Source: Bacteroidota bacterium (GTDB lineage: Bacteria > Bacteroidota > Bacteroidia > Flavobacteriales > Flavobacteriaceae). From it: DNA of 64,000 bases. The stretch is from contig JBCCEC010000012.1 in NCBI GenBank assembly GCA_039030475.1, forward strand, positions 2,744-66,743, read 5' to 3'. Both the position numbers and the translations under genes were made by a program. Numbering within the stretch: position 1 is the first letter of the stretch; every line of letters starts with the position of its first letter. The notes under the pieces are model-generated. The model was not told the origin of the DNA. It did not search any database and worked only from the letters and a program-made list of their open reading frames with translations. This document shows, piece after piece, positions 31,042 through 41,381 of this stretch.

Positions 31042-31149
31042 TAGTAGATTTCTATAGAGCAGATTCATGGGCATTTTTAAGAAATGCGTTTTAAAGCTTT
31101 AAAGTTGATAGGTGAAGCAAGCCACGGAGTACTTACCTCCTTTTAAAAT

Positions 31150-31176
31150 AAAAAACCCAAGCTTTTGCTTGGGTTT
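31150..31176 (-). terminator. Terminator of cold-shock gene
   Basis: AAACCCAAGC-tttt-GCTTGGGTTT; T-run on the minus strand. Confidence 0.8.
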
Positions 31177-31202
31177 GTTCTATAAAAAAGTGTGCTGTTA
31201 CC

Positions 31203-31397
31203 TTAATCTATAACTTGTACATTTACGGCGTTCAATCCTTTTTTACCTTGCTGTAGTTCGAATTCTACGGCGTCACCTTCTCTAATTTCGTCAATTAAGC
31301 CTGAAACGTGTACGAAGTGATCTGTGTTTGAACCTTCTTCAGTAATAAAGCCGTAGCCTTTTGAATCGTTGAAGAATTTTACTGTTCCTTTACTCAT
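31203..31397 (-). CDS. Cold-shock domain protein
   Basis: GTVKFFN..KGYGFI (RNP1), FVHVS (RNP2). Confidence 0.96.
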   Translation of the reverse strand: MSKGTVKFFNDSKGYGFITEEGSNTDHFVHVSGLIDEIREGDAVEFELQQGKKGLNAVNVQVID

Positions 31398-31483
31398 AAT
31401 AAAAACTAAAAATTAATTTGAGCTGCAAAGGTACATTTAATTTATTGGAAACTAGGATTTTTTATTTTTTTTTGAAAAGTTTT

Positions 31484-32122
31484 CTAAGCTGTTGGATCTG
31501 GTGTTAAACGCAGGTAAGGTTTCACTTCCTCAACTCCCTTGGAAAAAATTTCTTTAGCCTCTTCGGTGGGTATGGATGTACTTACAACCACTTTTTCTCC
31601 ATGTTCCCAATTTGCGGGTGTTGCAACTTTATGATGGGCCGTTAATTGTAATGAATCAATTACGCGCAATAATTCATAAAAATTACGTCCTGTTGAAGCG
31701 GGATAGGTTAAAATCAACTTGACTTTTTTGTCTGGACCTACAATGAAAACCGAACGTACTGTGAGCGTATCATCCGCATTTGGATGAATCATATCGTAGA
31801 GGTCGGAAACTTTTCTATCTTCATCCGCTATAATTGGAAAATTGACCACTGTATCCTGGGTTTCATTGATATCTTTTATCCATTCTGCATGCGATTCTGC
31901 GCCATCCACGCTTAAAGCCATCATTTTTACGTTTCGTTTTTCAAACTCACCCTTGAATTTGGCAGCTGTACCCAACTCTGTAGTGCAAACTGGTGTAAAA
32001 TCAGCGGGATGGGAAAACAATATTCCCCAACCATCACCCAGATAATCATAAAAATTCAGCGTTCCCTGTGAAGTTTCTGCAGTAAAATCTGGAGCCGTAT
32101 CGCCTAATCTAATTGTACCCAT
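31484..32122 (-). CDS. 1-Cys peroxiredoxin (Prx6)
   Basis: HPADFTPVCTTE, YPASTGRNF, ATPANW. Confidence 0.95.
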   Translation of the reverse strand: MGTIRLGDTAPDFTAETSQGTLNFYDYLGDGWGILFSHPADFTPVCTTELGTAAKFKGEFEKRNVKMMALSVDGAESHAEWIKDINETQDTVVNFPIIADEDRKVSDLYDMIHPNADDTLTVRSVFIVGPDKKVKLILTYPASTGRNFYELLRVIDSLQLTAHHKVATPANWEHGEKVVVSTSIPTEEAKEIFSKGVEEVKPYLRLTPDPTA

Positions 32123-32284
32123 AAATATGTTGTTAAGATTGAATAATAAATTACCCTACAAAATTAGTAGATTGTTTTTCTTAATGTTTTAGTTCTCGTT
32201 AAAAGTGTATTAAAGTTTTATTCTTTGAATGGGTCAATCTAGGTAACCATAGTGATAAACATCAAAGTTTGTTATTTTTAGATT

Positions 32285-32827
32285 ATGGAAGAAGACTCAC
32301 TGGAAAAACTACGATATCCCATTGGTACATATGAAATCCCTGAAACGATTACCGAGAATCATCTAAAGGAGTGGATTGCTATATTGGAGCATTTGCCAAA
32401 ACGATTGAGCGACATGGTCACTCCACTTACCACTCAACAATTGGAAACTCCGTATAGGCCAGGAGGTTGGACGGTTAGGCAGCTGATACATCATATTTCG
32501 GACAGCCACCACCACAGTTACGTGCGATTTAAATGGGCACTAACTGAAAATGCCCCTGTCATAAAACCTTATTTTGAGAAAGAGTGGTCCAAATTGTTCG
32601 ATGCCAAGACTGCACCTATTCAAATGTCGCTGGACCATCTTAAAGCAGTTCATGCCAAATTGGTCTACCTCCTAAAAGGGCTTTCTAATGAGGAACTCCA
32701 GCGAAAATTTATACACCCGGTCGGGAATGCAGAAACAACCTTATTGGAAAATGTGGGTCGCTACGCATGGCACGGTAGCCATCATTTTGCCCATATTGAG
32801 AATTTGATTGATAGAGAAGGCTGGTAA
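32285..32827 (+). CDS. yfiT: YfiT family (DinB superfamily) bacillithiol transferase
   Basis: LRYPIG, TPYRPGGWTVRQLIHH, YAWHGSHH. Confidence 0.9.
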   Translation: MEEDSLEKLRYPIGTYEIPETITENHLKEWIAILEHLPKRLSDMVTPLTTQQLETPYRPGGWTVRQLIHHISDSHHHSYVRFKWALTENAPVIKPYFEKEWSKLFDAKTAPIQMSLDHLKAVHAKLVYLLKGLSNEELQRKFIHPVGNAETTLLENVGRYAWHGSHHFAHIENLIDREGW

Positions 32828-32828
32828 T

Positions 32829-33350
32829 TTAAATGGATTTGGTTAAAATCCACATGCCACTTTCAGAAGGTTTTACCCCCTCTAGGGTAAGCTCGCTTTC
32901 TCTTTTTATTTGAAACCCTCTTTTTAGATAAAAATTGATTGCATTTGCTTTTTTCATAGTGTCAAGCCAGACTATCTTTTTTTTGAGGTCTTTTGCGTAT
33001 GCTTCAATTAATTGGATTGTTTTTTTTCCGTAGCCTTTACCAGAAAATTCTCGAAGCAAATAGATTTTCTCAATCAGCAATGCATCTTCTGCCGATAGCT
33101 CATCCAAATCACAATCTTTTACGAGCTTAACAATCCCAAGAATTATATCATCGGTTTTCACTAAAAAATGAACCATATTGGCATCTTCCAATTCAGTTTT
33201 TACGATGTCTGCGGTAAAGCTTTTTTCGATGTATGGGGTTGGGTTTTCACCTTCCCATAAATGAAGGTAATGTTCTTTGTACGATTTTGTCCCTACAGCA
33301 ATATAATCGCTCATCGTTGTAGCGGTGACAGGTTCCAACCTAATCTTCAT
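32829..33350 (-). CDS. GNAT family N-acetyltransferase
   Basis: IEKIYLL..SGKGYGKK, AINFYLKRGF. Confidence 0.88.
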   Translation of the reverse strand: MKIRLEPVTATTMSDYIAVGTKSYKEHYLHLWEGENPTPYIEKSFTADIVKTELEDANMVHFLVKTDDIILGIVKLVKDCDLDELSAEDALLIEKIYLLREFSGKGYGKKTIQLIEAYAKDLKKKIVWLDTMKKANAINFYLKRGFQIKRESELTLEGVKPSESGMWILTKSI

Positions 33351-33389
33351 TTTTTAGTTTTTAGTACTCCCCATTTATGAAGGTGAACA

Positions 33390-33953
33390 TTAAATCGTAT
33401 CAATCCATTTTATGTTGCAACCAATACTTGGTTTTTGATTAGCACTAATGGCTTCACTATTTAAAAGCGAATTCATCGCTACTCTTAAATCTGAACCAGT
33501 GACCGGAATTCCATTGCCAGGCCTGGAGTCGTCCAATTGACCTCTATAGACCAGTTCTAAGGTTGCATCAAAAAGATAAAAATCTGGAGTGCATGCCGCA
33601 TCGTATGCTTTGGCTACTTCTTGCGATTCATCATACAGGTACGGAAACGAATACTGCGCTTCTTTAGCTTTCTGCTTCATTAAATGTGGTGCATCTTGCG
33701 GATAGTTGACAATATCGTTACTAGAAATGGCTATAAAATTTATACCCTTGTCTTGGTAGGCTCTTCCCATTTTGGAAATTTCTGGGTTAACATGGATCAC
33801 AAATGGACAATGGTTGCAAATAAACATGATCAATGTACCGTTTTCTCCCTTCAATTCCTCAAGGGAGCAGGATTTATCAGTTACGGTATTATGTAGCGTG
33901 AATGAAGGTGCTTTTGTGCCCAAAGGCAACATATTACTTGGTGTACGAGCCAT
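33390..33953 (-). CDS. Thioredoxin/AhpC-TSA family redoxin
   Basis: CNHCPFV, ACTPDF, YRGQLDDSRP, SIGCNIKW. Confidence 0.9.
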   Translation of the reverse strand: MARTPSNMLPLGTKAPSFTLHNTVTDKSCSLEELKGENGTLIMFICNHCPFVIHVNPEISKMGRAYQDKGINFIAISSNDIVNYPQDAPHLMKQKAKEAQYSFPYLYDESQEVAKAYDAACTPDFYLFDATLELVYRGQLDDSRPGNGIPVTGSDLRVAMNSLLNSEAISANQKPSIGCNIKWIDTI

Positions 33954-33968
33954 TGCAGATAGATTTGA

Positions 33969-36488
33969 TTACATCATTTGTCCAAAGAAAATAGCGTTCA
34001 TAAGCAACTTATTGGTTCCATACCAAAACGCCCTAAAATTGGTGTTATCCGTAAATAGAACAACCCTTCCTTTTCCCATTCTTTTTACTTTAAAGGGTAC
34101 ACTGTTCTTGATAAGTTCTTCATTTTCTTCAGAAATATAACCGCTCAACAGTGGGTCGTTGGTATATTGAATTGGATTATCGTAGCTATTTTTTTCTGGT
34201 TCCAAATAAATATTGGTGTTTCGGAACAGTGCCAATTTATCATTTTTATAACCATAGTTAATAGGGTGGGAACGGTCAAGTTTAGCTTCGAAAATTGCAC
34301 CTCCTGTAACTTGTGCACCGCTAAAATCACGTTTACGGTCAAAGGGAATATTTTTAGCGACCAAAGTATCTTCCTTCATCTGTAGTTTTAAGAACTCATT
34401 TTTCTTGAACCAGTTGACCGTGTTTCTATACCCAATGATAGTACCACCGCTCTTAACCCAACTTTTAATTTTTTCAGCTCCTTTTTTATCCAATATCTTA
34501 CTTCTCCATCCGCTAGGAATGATTAAATCCGAATACTGCGTCAAATCGACCGTATCGAAGTAACGGGTATCGATTTTTGTGATTTTAATATCATAACGCG
34601 TATCGAAGAGATGCCAAATTTCGCCTGCGTCGTAGGGGCGTATGCCATCACCGACTAAAATTGCCACTTTTTGTTTTTTGACCGGATCAAAGTCATTACT
34701 GCCCAGATCAATTCCTTGGGTAAGGCCAGTAGAAACAGCTGTGATTTTAATACCACTTTCTTTAGCTATCCCGTTTAAAAACTCATAAAGTTTCTTGGCA
34801 TTCATTTCCTGGTTCTGTACAGGTATCATGATAGTACCGTAATCATAACTCTTACCTTCTAAAGTAAATGGAGATTTAGCCGTTTTTGCTCTTAACCCTT
34901 TTTCTAAAATTTTGTTCAGCACTTTTGGGGAATAGTATTCGTTCCATTCAAACAGATAAGCATAACTACTTTGATTATCTACTCCGCCGTTGGGAGGTTT
35001 AAAATCTATCACTTCATCACCTGCATTGGAAAGTGAAGCAAGGTTTGCATAATCTACATTGAATGCCAAAGGAAAAGTCCAAGCGGATATGTCATAAAAA
35101 AGACTGTCTTGAAAAGTTGTTCTTTTCTCGAACATGGAGTTGATAAGTCTTGGATTTTTTTGATTCATGGGTACCACATAGCTATATCCCTTTTTATACA
35201 TTTTTCCTTCAATTTTGGTATCAGAGGCAAGCTCATGAAATTTTATCTTGTGCCTGTTCAAAATTTCCGCTAAATGCCAAGTTTTGTAGGCATCTTTGCT
35301 ATCACCAAAGACGATTGCTTTGGCTTTGCTCTTAGCCGTTTCATTACGCATGTCACCATAAAACTTTTGTTGATAATCCAATAGTTTAGTGCGCATGTTT
35401 TTAGCGGCTTCAATCGTTGACATTGCAGTTACAAATTGATTTCTGATAGTGAACGGAAACGTTAAAATACCGTTTTCACTTTCTTGAATATGCCCTCTTG
35501 AGCTGCCTTGTTCGAAAAGAATTCCTATGCCTCCGTTTACATCTGGAAAAGTAGAGCCCTTTCCATAATAATAGTCATCAAAATTTTCTTCTGAATAGTA
35601 TAATGAACCAATTTTATCCAGCGCCTTGGCGTGATAGGTTCCAATTTCTCTTGTAAGCTCCTGATTTACTTTTGGAGTTAATGGATTTACTCTTGTCGGT
35701 TCTCCAGGTTGAAAGAAAAAAGTTGAGTTTGTCCCCATTTCGTGATGGTCGGTAAGAATGTTGGGCAACCATTTATGGAAAGTTTCAATACGTGCCCTAC
35801 TTTCGGGTAATTGAACAGGCAGCCAATCACGGTTCATATCGAACCAATAATGATTCGTTCTTCCTCCTGGCCACACCTCATGATATTCTCTTTCGTTGTT
35901 ATCGGGGTTCAGGTTCTTGTTTTTATTTACATTGGCCCAATACGCAAAACGCTGAAGTCCATCTGGATTAAAACAAGGATCTAATAGAATGACCATATTG
36001 TCCAACATGGCTTCAATCTCCGGACCTTGTGCAGCTGCCAAATAATACGCATAAGCCAAAGATGCGTTGGATCCACTTGCTTCATTCCCATGAATGGAAA
36101 ATCCCTGATACACTATGATAGGCATTTCAGATGTATTCAGAACAGTATTTCCTTCGGACAGCCCAATATGTTGCTGGCGTATAGTTTCAATATTCTGATG
36201 ATTTTCAGGTGTGGTAATCGTAAGTAAAAGTATAGGTCTGCCCTCAAATGTTTCTCCACGATTTTCTAGGGTTATCCTATCACTGGAAGCAGCAAGTTGC
36301 TTCATGTAGAACATAAGTTTATCATGCGTTACATGCCACTCTCCAACTTCATGTCCAATAATTTCTGATGGTTTTGGAATGTTTGGGTCATAAGTAACAT
36401 CGTCAGGTAAATAATAATCCAATGTTACATTTTGGGCAGTAAGGGTAAAGCAGAAGAGTACAAAAAGTAAGAAGCTGGTTAATCGCAT
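33969..36488 (-). CDS. Secreted M14 zinc carboxypeptidase
   Basis: SIHGNEASG (HxxE), NPDG, DHHEMG; signal peptide. Confidence 0.9.
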   Translation of the reverse strand: MRLTSFLLFVLFCFTLTAQNVTLDYYLPDDVTYDPNIPKPSEIIGHEVGEWHVTHDKLMFYMKQLAASSDRITLENRGETFEGRPILLLTITTPENHQNIETIRQQHIGLSEGNTVLNTSEMPIIVYQGFSIHGNEASGSNASLAYAYYLAAAQGPEIEAMLDNMVILLDPCFNPDGLQRFAYWANVNKNKNLNPDNNEREYHEVWPGGRTNHYWFDMNRDWLPVQLPESRARIETFHKWLPNILTDHHEMGTNSTFFFQPGEPTRVNPLTPKVNQELTREIGTYHAKALDKIGSLYYSEENFDDYYYGKGSTFPDVNGGIGILFEQGSSRGHIQESENGILTFPFTIRNQFVTAMSTIEAAKNMRTKLLDYQQKFYGDMRNETAKSKAKAIVFGDSKDAYKTWHLAEILNRHKIKFHELASDTKIEGKMYKKGYSYVVPMNQKNPRLINSMFEKRTTFQDSLFYDISAWTFPLAFNVDYANLASLSNAGDEVIDFKPPNGGVDNQSSYAYLFEWNEYYSPKVLNKILEKGLRAKTAKSPFTLEGKSYDYGTIMIPVQNQEMNAKKLYEFLNGIAKESGIKITAVSTGLTQGIDLGSNDFDPVKKQKVAILVGDGIRPYDAGEIWHLFDTRYDIKITKIDTRYFDTVDLTQYSDLIIPSGWRSKILDKKGAEKIKSWVKSGGTIIGYRNTVNWFKKNEFLKLQMKEDTLVAKNIPFDRKRDFSGAQVTGGAIFEAKLDRSHPINYGYKNDKLALFRNTNIYLEPEKNSYDNPIQYTNDPLLSGYISEENEELIKNSVPFKVKRMGKGRVVLFTDNTNFRAFWYGTNKLLMNAIFFGQMM

Positions 36489-36522
36489 TAAATTCTCTTT
36501 AAGTTAGTTAGGTATTAAAAAT

Positions 36523-36553
36523 AAAAAACGACCTGCGTAATACAGGTCGTTTT
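36523..36553 (-). terminator. Intrinsic terminator
   Basis: AAAACGACCTG / CAGGTCGTTTT. Confidence 0.8.
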
Positions 36554-36575
36554 AAGGTTTTTTTAAAGTTTCTAC

Positions 36576-36947
36576 TTAGATATCATCAAAATCAACGTCG
36601 GTAAAATTGCTCTTGGTCTCGCCTTCATTTGGGCTATTCTCTTCTTCTTTCTTAAAATCTTTTTGATGGCGTTCCGAAATAACTTCTTGTCCTTTTTCGT
36701 CTATGATGTAGTCCATCATTTCTTCCATGATATCCTTGAAAGCGGTAAAATCCTCTTTATATAAGTATATTTTATGTTTTTTATAATGAAAGGAACCATC
36801 GTCATGGGTGAATTTTTTACTTTCTGTGATAGTCAGATAATAGTCACCGGCTTTAGTACTTCTTACATCAAAAAAGTAAGTTCTTCTCCCGGCCCTTAAG
36901 ACTTTGGAGTAAATTTCCTCTTGGTCCATTATATCTTTATCTCCCAT
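36576..36947 (-). CDS. PUR-family DNA/RNA-binding protein (DUF3276)
   Basis: YSKVLRAGRRTYFFDVR, YLTITESKK, KHKIYLYKEDF. Confidence 0.9.
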   Translation of the reverse strand: MGDKDIMDQEEIYSKVLRAGRRTYFFDVRSTKAGDYYLTITESKKFTHDDGSFHYKKHKIYLYKEDFTAFKDIMEEMMDYIIDEKGQEVISERHQKDFKKEEENSPNEGETKSNFTDVDFDDI

Positions 36948-37026
36948 ATGGTCTAGTATAATTTAGTGCAATGATGAATAATTCTACCAAAAATGTAAAA
37001 AAAAAGCTAAAACAGCAACTTTTTTA

Positions 37027-38778
37027 TTATTCTTTCTCGGAGAGTTGGTTAAGATAAAGTTCTTTATAGTATCCTTCTACACTGTTCAATTGCTCATGTG
37101 TTCCTTCCTGTAATATTTTACCATTTTCGAGTACAATAATCTTATCGGCATTTTTTGCTGTCGATACTCTATGGCTTACCAATAAGGTGGTTTTCTCTTC
37201 GGACAGCTGTTTTAGATTATTAAGTATTTCTTCTTCAGTTTCAGTATCCACTGCTGAAAGGCAATCATCAAAAAGGTATATTCTTGGGTCTTTTAACAAC
37301 GCTCGAGCTATAGAGACACGTTGTTTTTGCCCACCACTTAGGGTAATGCCCCGTTCACCCAAAATAGTGTCATATTTTTTAGTGAAACCTTCTATATTTT
37401 CGTGCACTACAGCTTTTTTTGCAACTGTGACAATATCTTCAAAAGAAGCGTCTTCATCACCAAAACGGATGTTGTTTGCAATGGTATCGGAAAAAAGAAA
37501 GGCATCCTGTGGTACTGCCCCGGTAGCACTTCGCAGACTATTTAAGTTTAATTGACGTATTGGAGTACCATCAATCAATATTTGACCGGAAGACACATCG
37601 TACAGTCGGGCTACCAAATCCAAAATAGTAGATTTTCCTGAGCCTGTTTTTCCTAAAAAAGCAATGGTTTCACCTGCTTTTATATGAAAAGAAATGTTTT
37701 CCAAAGCGGTTATATCCGTATCCTCATACGTAAAAGTTACATTTTTAAACTCTATGTCTCCCTTGATCGGGGTAGTTTTTTGAATCTCATTTTTTATGGT
37801 CGGTTGTACCTTTAAAAATTGATTGATTCTTTTTTGTGATGCTTCCGCTCGTTGTATAATTGAAGTAAGCCACCCCACAATGGCCACTGGCCAGGTCAAC
37901 ATATTAACATACAGGATAAACTCGGCTATAATACCAATAGTTGCGATTTCACCATTTATATATTGTTTTCCACCAATGTAGATAACAAAAATATTGCTGA
38001 CCCCAATAAGCAGAATCATCAATGGGAAAAACCAGGCATTTACCTTTGCTAAATCCATACTGGTATTTTTCCCTTCTAAAGCCAAATCACCGAGTTCGGC
38101 ATTGATTTTTGGTTCAAGTCCGTACGCTTTTATGACTGCAACTCCAGAGAACGATTCTTGCGTAAACGTTGAAAGTGTGGACAGGTATTCTTGAACTTTT
38201 GTACTTCTTTTATGTATGATTTTACTGATTTGGTATATCAGAACCGATAAAAACGGCAGCGGCAGCAAGGTGTAAGCTGCCAGGGTTGGCGCTTTTATGA
38301 ACATCAACGGAATTAAACAAACAAAAAGTGTAATGGTCTGTATCCCATACATAATGGCAGGTCCACCATACATACGCACTTGGTTGACATCCTCACTGAT
38401 TCGGTTCATTAAATCCCCGATACGATTCTTTTTATAGAAATTGAGGTTTAGGAACTGGTAATGATCAAAGACCTCATTTTTTAAATCGTATTCAATATAG
38501 CGGGAGACATTTATAATGGTTTGTCGCATCAAAAAAGTAAAAAGACCAGAAAGCAGGGCGGCACCTACGATTATTAAAATATATTCGAACAATAGCCCTT
38601 TGGCTTCCGATACGGGAATCGTGTTTGATATAAAATCTTCGACCGCTTGAATGGACTTGTTCACATAAGAAGGCATGATAAGAGAAAAAACACGTGCCAC
38701 TATGGTAATAAAAATGCCCAACAACAATTTTAACCAGTACTTTTTAAAGTATTTGTTCAGGTGTTTTAGTTCCTTCAT
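37027..38778 (-). CDS. ABC exporter, fused TM + ATPase
   Basis: GKTGSGKST, LSGGQKQR, LFDD. Confidence 0.93.
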   Translation of the reverse strand: MKELKHLNKYFKKYWLKLLLGIFITIVARVFSLIMPSYVNKSIQAVEDFISNTIPVSEAKGLLFEYILIIVGAALLSGLFTFLMRQTIINVSRYIEYDLKNEVFDHYQFLNLNFYKKNRIGDLMNRISEDVNQVRMYGGPAIMYGIQTITLFVCLIPLMFIKAPTLAAYTLLPLPFLSVLIYQISKIIHKRSTKVQEYLSTLSTFTQESFSGVAVIKAYGLEPKINAELGDLALEGKNTSMDLAKVNAWFFPLMILLIGVSNIFVIYIGGKQYINGEIATIGIIAEFILYVNMLTWPVAIVGWLTSIIQRAEASQKRINQFLKVQPTIKNEIQKTTPIKGDIEFKNVTFTYEDTDITALENISFHIKAGETIAFLGKTGSGKSTILDLVARLYDVSSGQILIDGTPIRQLNLNSLRSATGAVPQDAFLFSDTIANNIRFGDEDASFEDIVTVAKKAVVHENIEGFTKKYDTILGERGITLSGGQKQRVSIARALLKDPRIYLFDDCLSAVDTETEEEILNNLKQLSEEKTTLLVSHRVSTAKNADKIIVLENGKILQEGTHEQLNSVEGYYKELYLNQLSEKE

Positions 38779-38959
38779 AAAAGGGAAAAGCTCGATTTAG
38801 ATTTTGAAGATAGTTTGATAGCACGGCAAATATATAGGTTTACCCACAAAGTAAATGTTATAAAACCAATAAGAAAACAACTTTGGTAGGTTGGATAGAA
38901 ATATAAGATTACTTTTGCGCTGAGAAAGCCAAATAACGACTTTAAAAAGTTCTTTAAAA

Positions 38960-39907
38960 ATGCTTACGAGAAGGCATATCAGAGTAAAAGTAATGCAATG
39001 TATTTATGCATTGATCCAATCTAAGGACGATTCTTTAGAGAAGCAGGAAAAATTCCTAAAAGTAAGTATTCAGAATATGTATGTGCTTTATTTGCTCATG
39101 CTAAGCCTATTGGCCGAGCTTCATAGGCTGGCGGAAAAACATGCAAATCATGCCTCTACAAAGTATCTCGCAACTGAAGAGGATGCATACCCGAATAGGA
39201 AAAAGTTCATAGAAAACGAACTTTTACTCCAAATCTCCAATAACAAGTTACTGAAAAGGGAACTTGACGGAAGAAAACTCAATAATTGGTACCTTAATGA
39301 AGAGTATGTTAAGATAATCTACAAGGAAGTTGTAGCTAGTGATATCTACAAAACGTACATGTCGAGCGAAAAAAGTTCTTATGACACGGACAAAACTATG
39401 ATTATTGAACTTTTCAAAAATGTAATTGCGCCGAATGAAAAGATATATGAATATTTTGAGGACGATAAGCTTACATGGGTCGATGATATCCCTATAGTAA
39501 ACACGTATTTGGTAAAGCGATTGCGAAAAGCCAATGCCACCGTAAATGAAACGTTCTTTTTGCCCGAGCTATTAAAGGATGTGCAAGATATGCAGTATGC
39601 AAATCAGCTATTGACCAAGACATTGTTGAACGATGCAAAATGGGAAAAAGAAATAGAAGGCAAAACGCCCAATTGGGATAATGACCGTATTGCCGAGATC
39701 GATTCCATAATCTTAAAAATGGCCATATGCGAATTGCTTAATTTTTCATCCATACCGGAAAAAGTTACGCTAAACGAGTATTTGGAAATTGCAAAAGAGT
39801 ATTCAACACCAAAGAGCAGTATTTTCATTAATGGCGTACTGGACAAATTGGCAAAGGAATACAAGTCTACAGGGCAGCTACAAAAAATGGGAAGAGGACT
39901 GCAATAA
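38960..39907 (+). CDS. nusB: Transcription antitermination factor NusB (Bacteroidota long form)
   Basis: MLTRRHIRVKVMQ; C-terminal NEYLEIAKEYST..FINGVLD. Confidence 0.92.
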   Translation: MLTRRHIRVKVMQCIYALIQSKDDSLEKQEKFLKVSIQNMYVLYLLMLSLLAELHRLAEKHANHASTKYLATEEDAYPNRKKFIENELLLQISNNKLLKRELDGRKLNNWYLNEEYVKIIYKEVVASDIYKTYMSSEKSSYDTDKTMIIELFKNVIAPNEKIYEYFEDDKLTWVDDIPIVNTYLVKRLRKANATVNETFFLPELLKDVQDMQYANQLLTKTLLNDAKWEKEIEGKTPNWDNDRIAEIDSIILKMAICELLNFSSIPEKVTLNEYLEIAKEYSTPKSSIFINGVLDKLAKEYKSTGQLQKMGRGLQ

Positions 39908-39946
39908 ACAATATTTGATTAATTTTGAAAAAAATAATTACTTAAC

Positions 39947-40429
39947 ATGAAACAAATAACATCTTTTTTAAGTTTGATTTTGGTAGTATCCCTCGTTTTT
40001 ATTTCGTGCAAGGATAAGGCCACCAGTAAAATAGTTGCTGATAATGTAGAAAGTGCTACCAGTAGAGATGAAGCACAAAAGCAGCTTCCCATAATGAGTT
40101 TTGAAAAATCTGAACACGATTTTGGAACCATAGCACAAGGAACACCTCAAGAGACCATCTTTAAATTTACCAATACAGGAAATGCACCTTTAATTATTAC
40201 AGATGCTAAAAGTAGCTGTGGTTGTACCATTCCCGAGTATCCAAAAAATACACCAATTGCACCGGGAGCTACAGGTGAACTGTTGGTTAAATTCAATGGG
40301 TCAGGTCAAAATCAAGTTACCAAAACAGTGACTGTTACCGCAAACACTGAAAAAGGTTCCGAACTTTTGAGAATCAAGGCTTTTGTTAATCCAAAGGATG
40401 CTGCGCAGACAGTAGGTCCTGTTAAATAG
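39947..40429 (+). CDS. DUF1573 lipoprotein
   Basis: Lipobox ISC; HDFGTI, SSCGCT, PIAPG. Confidence 0.9.
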   Translation: MKQITSFLSLILVVSLVFISCKDKATSKIVADNVESATSRDEAQKQLPIMSFEKSEHDFGTIAQGTPQETIFKFTNTGNAPLIITDAKSSCGCTIPEYPKNTPIAPGATGELLVKFNGSGQNQVTKTVTVTANTEKGSELLRIKAFVNPKDAAQTVGPVK

Positions 40430-40442
40430 AGATACCACCTGA

Positions 40443-40733
40443 ATGGAAAACATTGGACAGTTTTTACCACTGATATTGATTTTTATAGTGGCGTATTTTT
40501 TTATGATCCGCCCACAAATCAAACGTCAGAAGGATGAGAAGAAATTTGCTTCGGAGCTAAAGAAAGGAGATCGTATCATAACAAAAAGTGGACTTCATGG
40601 AAAAGTTGTTGAGTTGAACGACAAAGATTATTCCTGTGTCATTGAAACTATGGCGGGCCGCTTAAAGTTTGATCGTTCTGCGATTTCGTTAGAAATGAGC
40701 AAGAAATTGAACACTCCCGAAAAGAAGAAATAG
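40443..40733 (+). CDS. yajC: Preprotein translocase subunit YajC
   Basis: YFFMIRPQ, LKKGDRIITKSGLHG. Confidence 0.93.
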   Translation: MENIGQFLPLILIFIVAYFFMIRPQIKRQKDEKKFASELKKGDRIITKSGLHGKVVELNDKDYSCVIETMAGRLKFDRSAISLEMSKKLNTPEKKK

Positions 40734-40755
40734 CTTAGAGCTAAATTTTGATAAT

Positions 40756-40784
40756 AAAAAGCACCTGAAACCAGGTGCTTTTTT
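40756..40784. terminator. Bidirectional terminator
   Basis: A5-GCACCTG-aaac-CAGGTGC-T6. Confidence 0.85.
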
Positions 40785-41379
40785 AGTACTTGTAGGCGTC
40801 GTTTAATCCAACACCTTTCTGTATTATCGGAACAATTTTTTCCAACCTCCGTAATTTTGTTTTCTCTTGTTTTGCCTCTAGGATATAGTTGCAAAATTCC
40901 TTTTGCTTAGAAGGAGATAATTTTTCAAAGGAAGACTTCAAGGCATCACTTTGTGATAATTTGTCAATTAATAACGTAGGGATTTCTATCTCTTTTATTG
41001 TTCTCTCAATCTTAATTTCCTTTCCCTGTTTTTGATTTTCGATAGATTCAATCATGTATTGCATTACACTTTTTGAATCAATTTCATTTTCAGAATTAAA
41101 GTTCCAATGGCGCATTCCCTTTGTTTTTCCTTCTTGGGCATTGCGTAGAACATTTTTTGGGTCCTTTAGAAAAACTCCATTGAAAAACCATATCCCAAAA
41201 TGATTTTTAAATCTACATATCCCAAAGACATTTTTACCATTTACTGTATAAATTGGAATGTTCCATTTATAATCTTCTTTACATTTTGTTTGTAGCGCCA
41301 ATTTTCTAAGTAGCGCAATCCCATTTTTAAATTGATGTTCTTTGCTATAGTATGCATCAAGCTTATCGGTTTTTTCCAT
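40783..41379 (-). CDS. YdeI/OmpD-associated family protein
   Basis: KWNIPIY, WFFNGVFLKDP, LSPSKQKEF..AKQEKTKLRR. Confidence 0.88.
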   Translation of the reverse strand: MEKTDKLDAYYSKEHQFKNGIALLRKLALQTKCKEDYKWNIPIYTVNGKNVFGICRFKNHFGIWFFNGVFLKDPKNVLRNAQEGKTKGMRHWNFNSENEIDSKSVMQYMIESIENQKQGKEIKIERTIKEIEIPTLLIDKLSQSDALKSSFEKLSPSKQKEFCNYILEAKQEKTKLRRLEKIVPIIQKGVGLNDAYKY

Positions 41380-41381
41380 AA

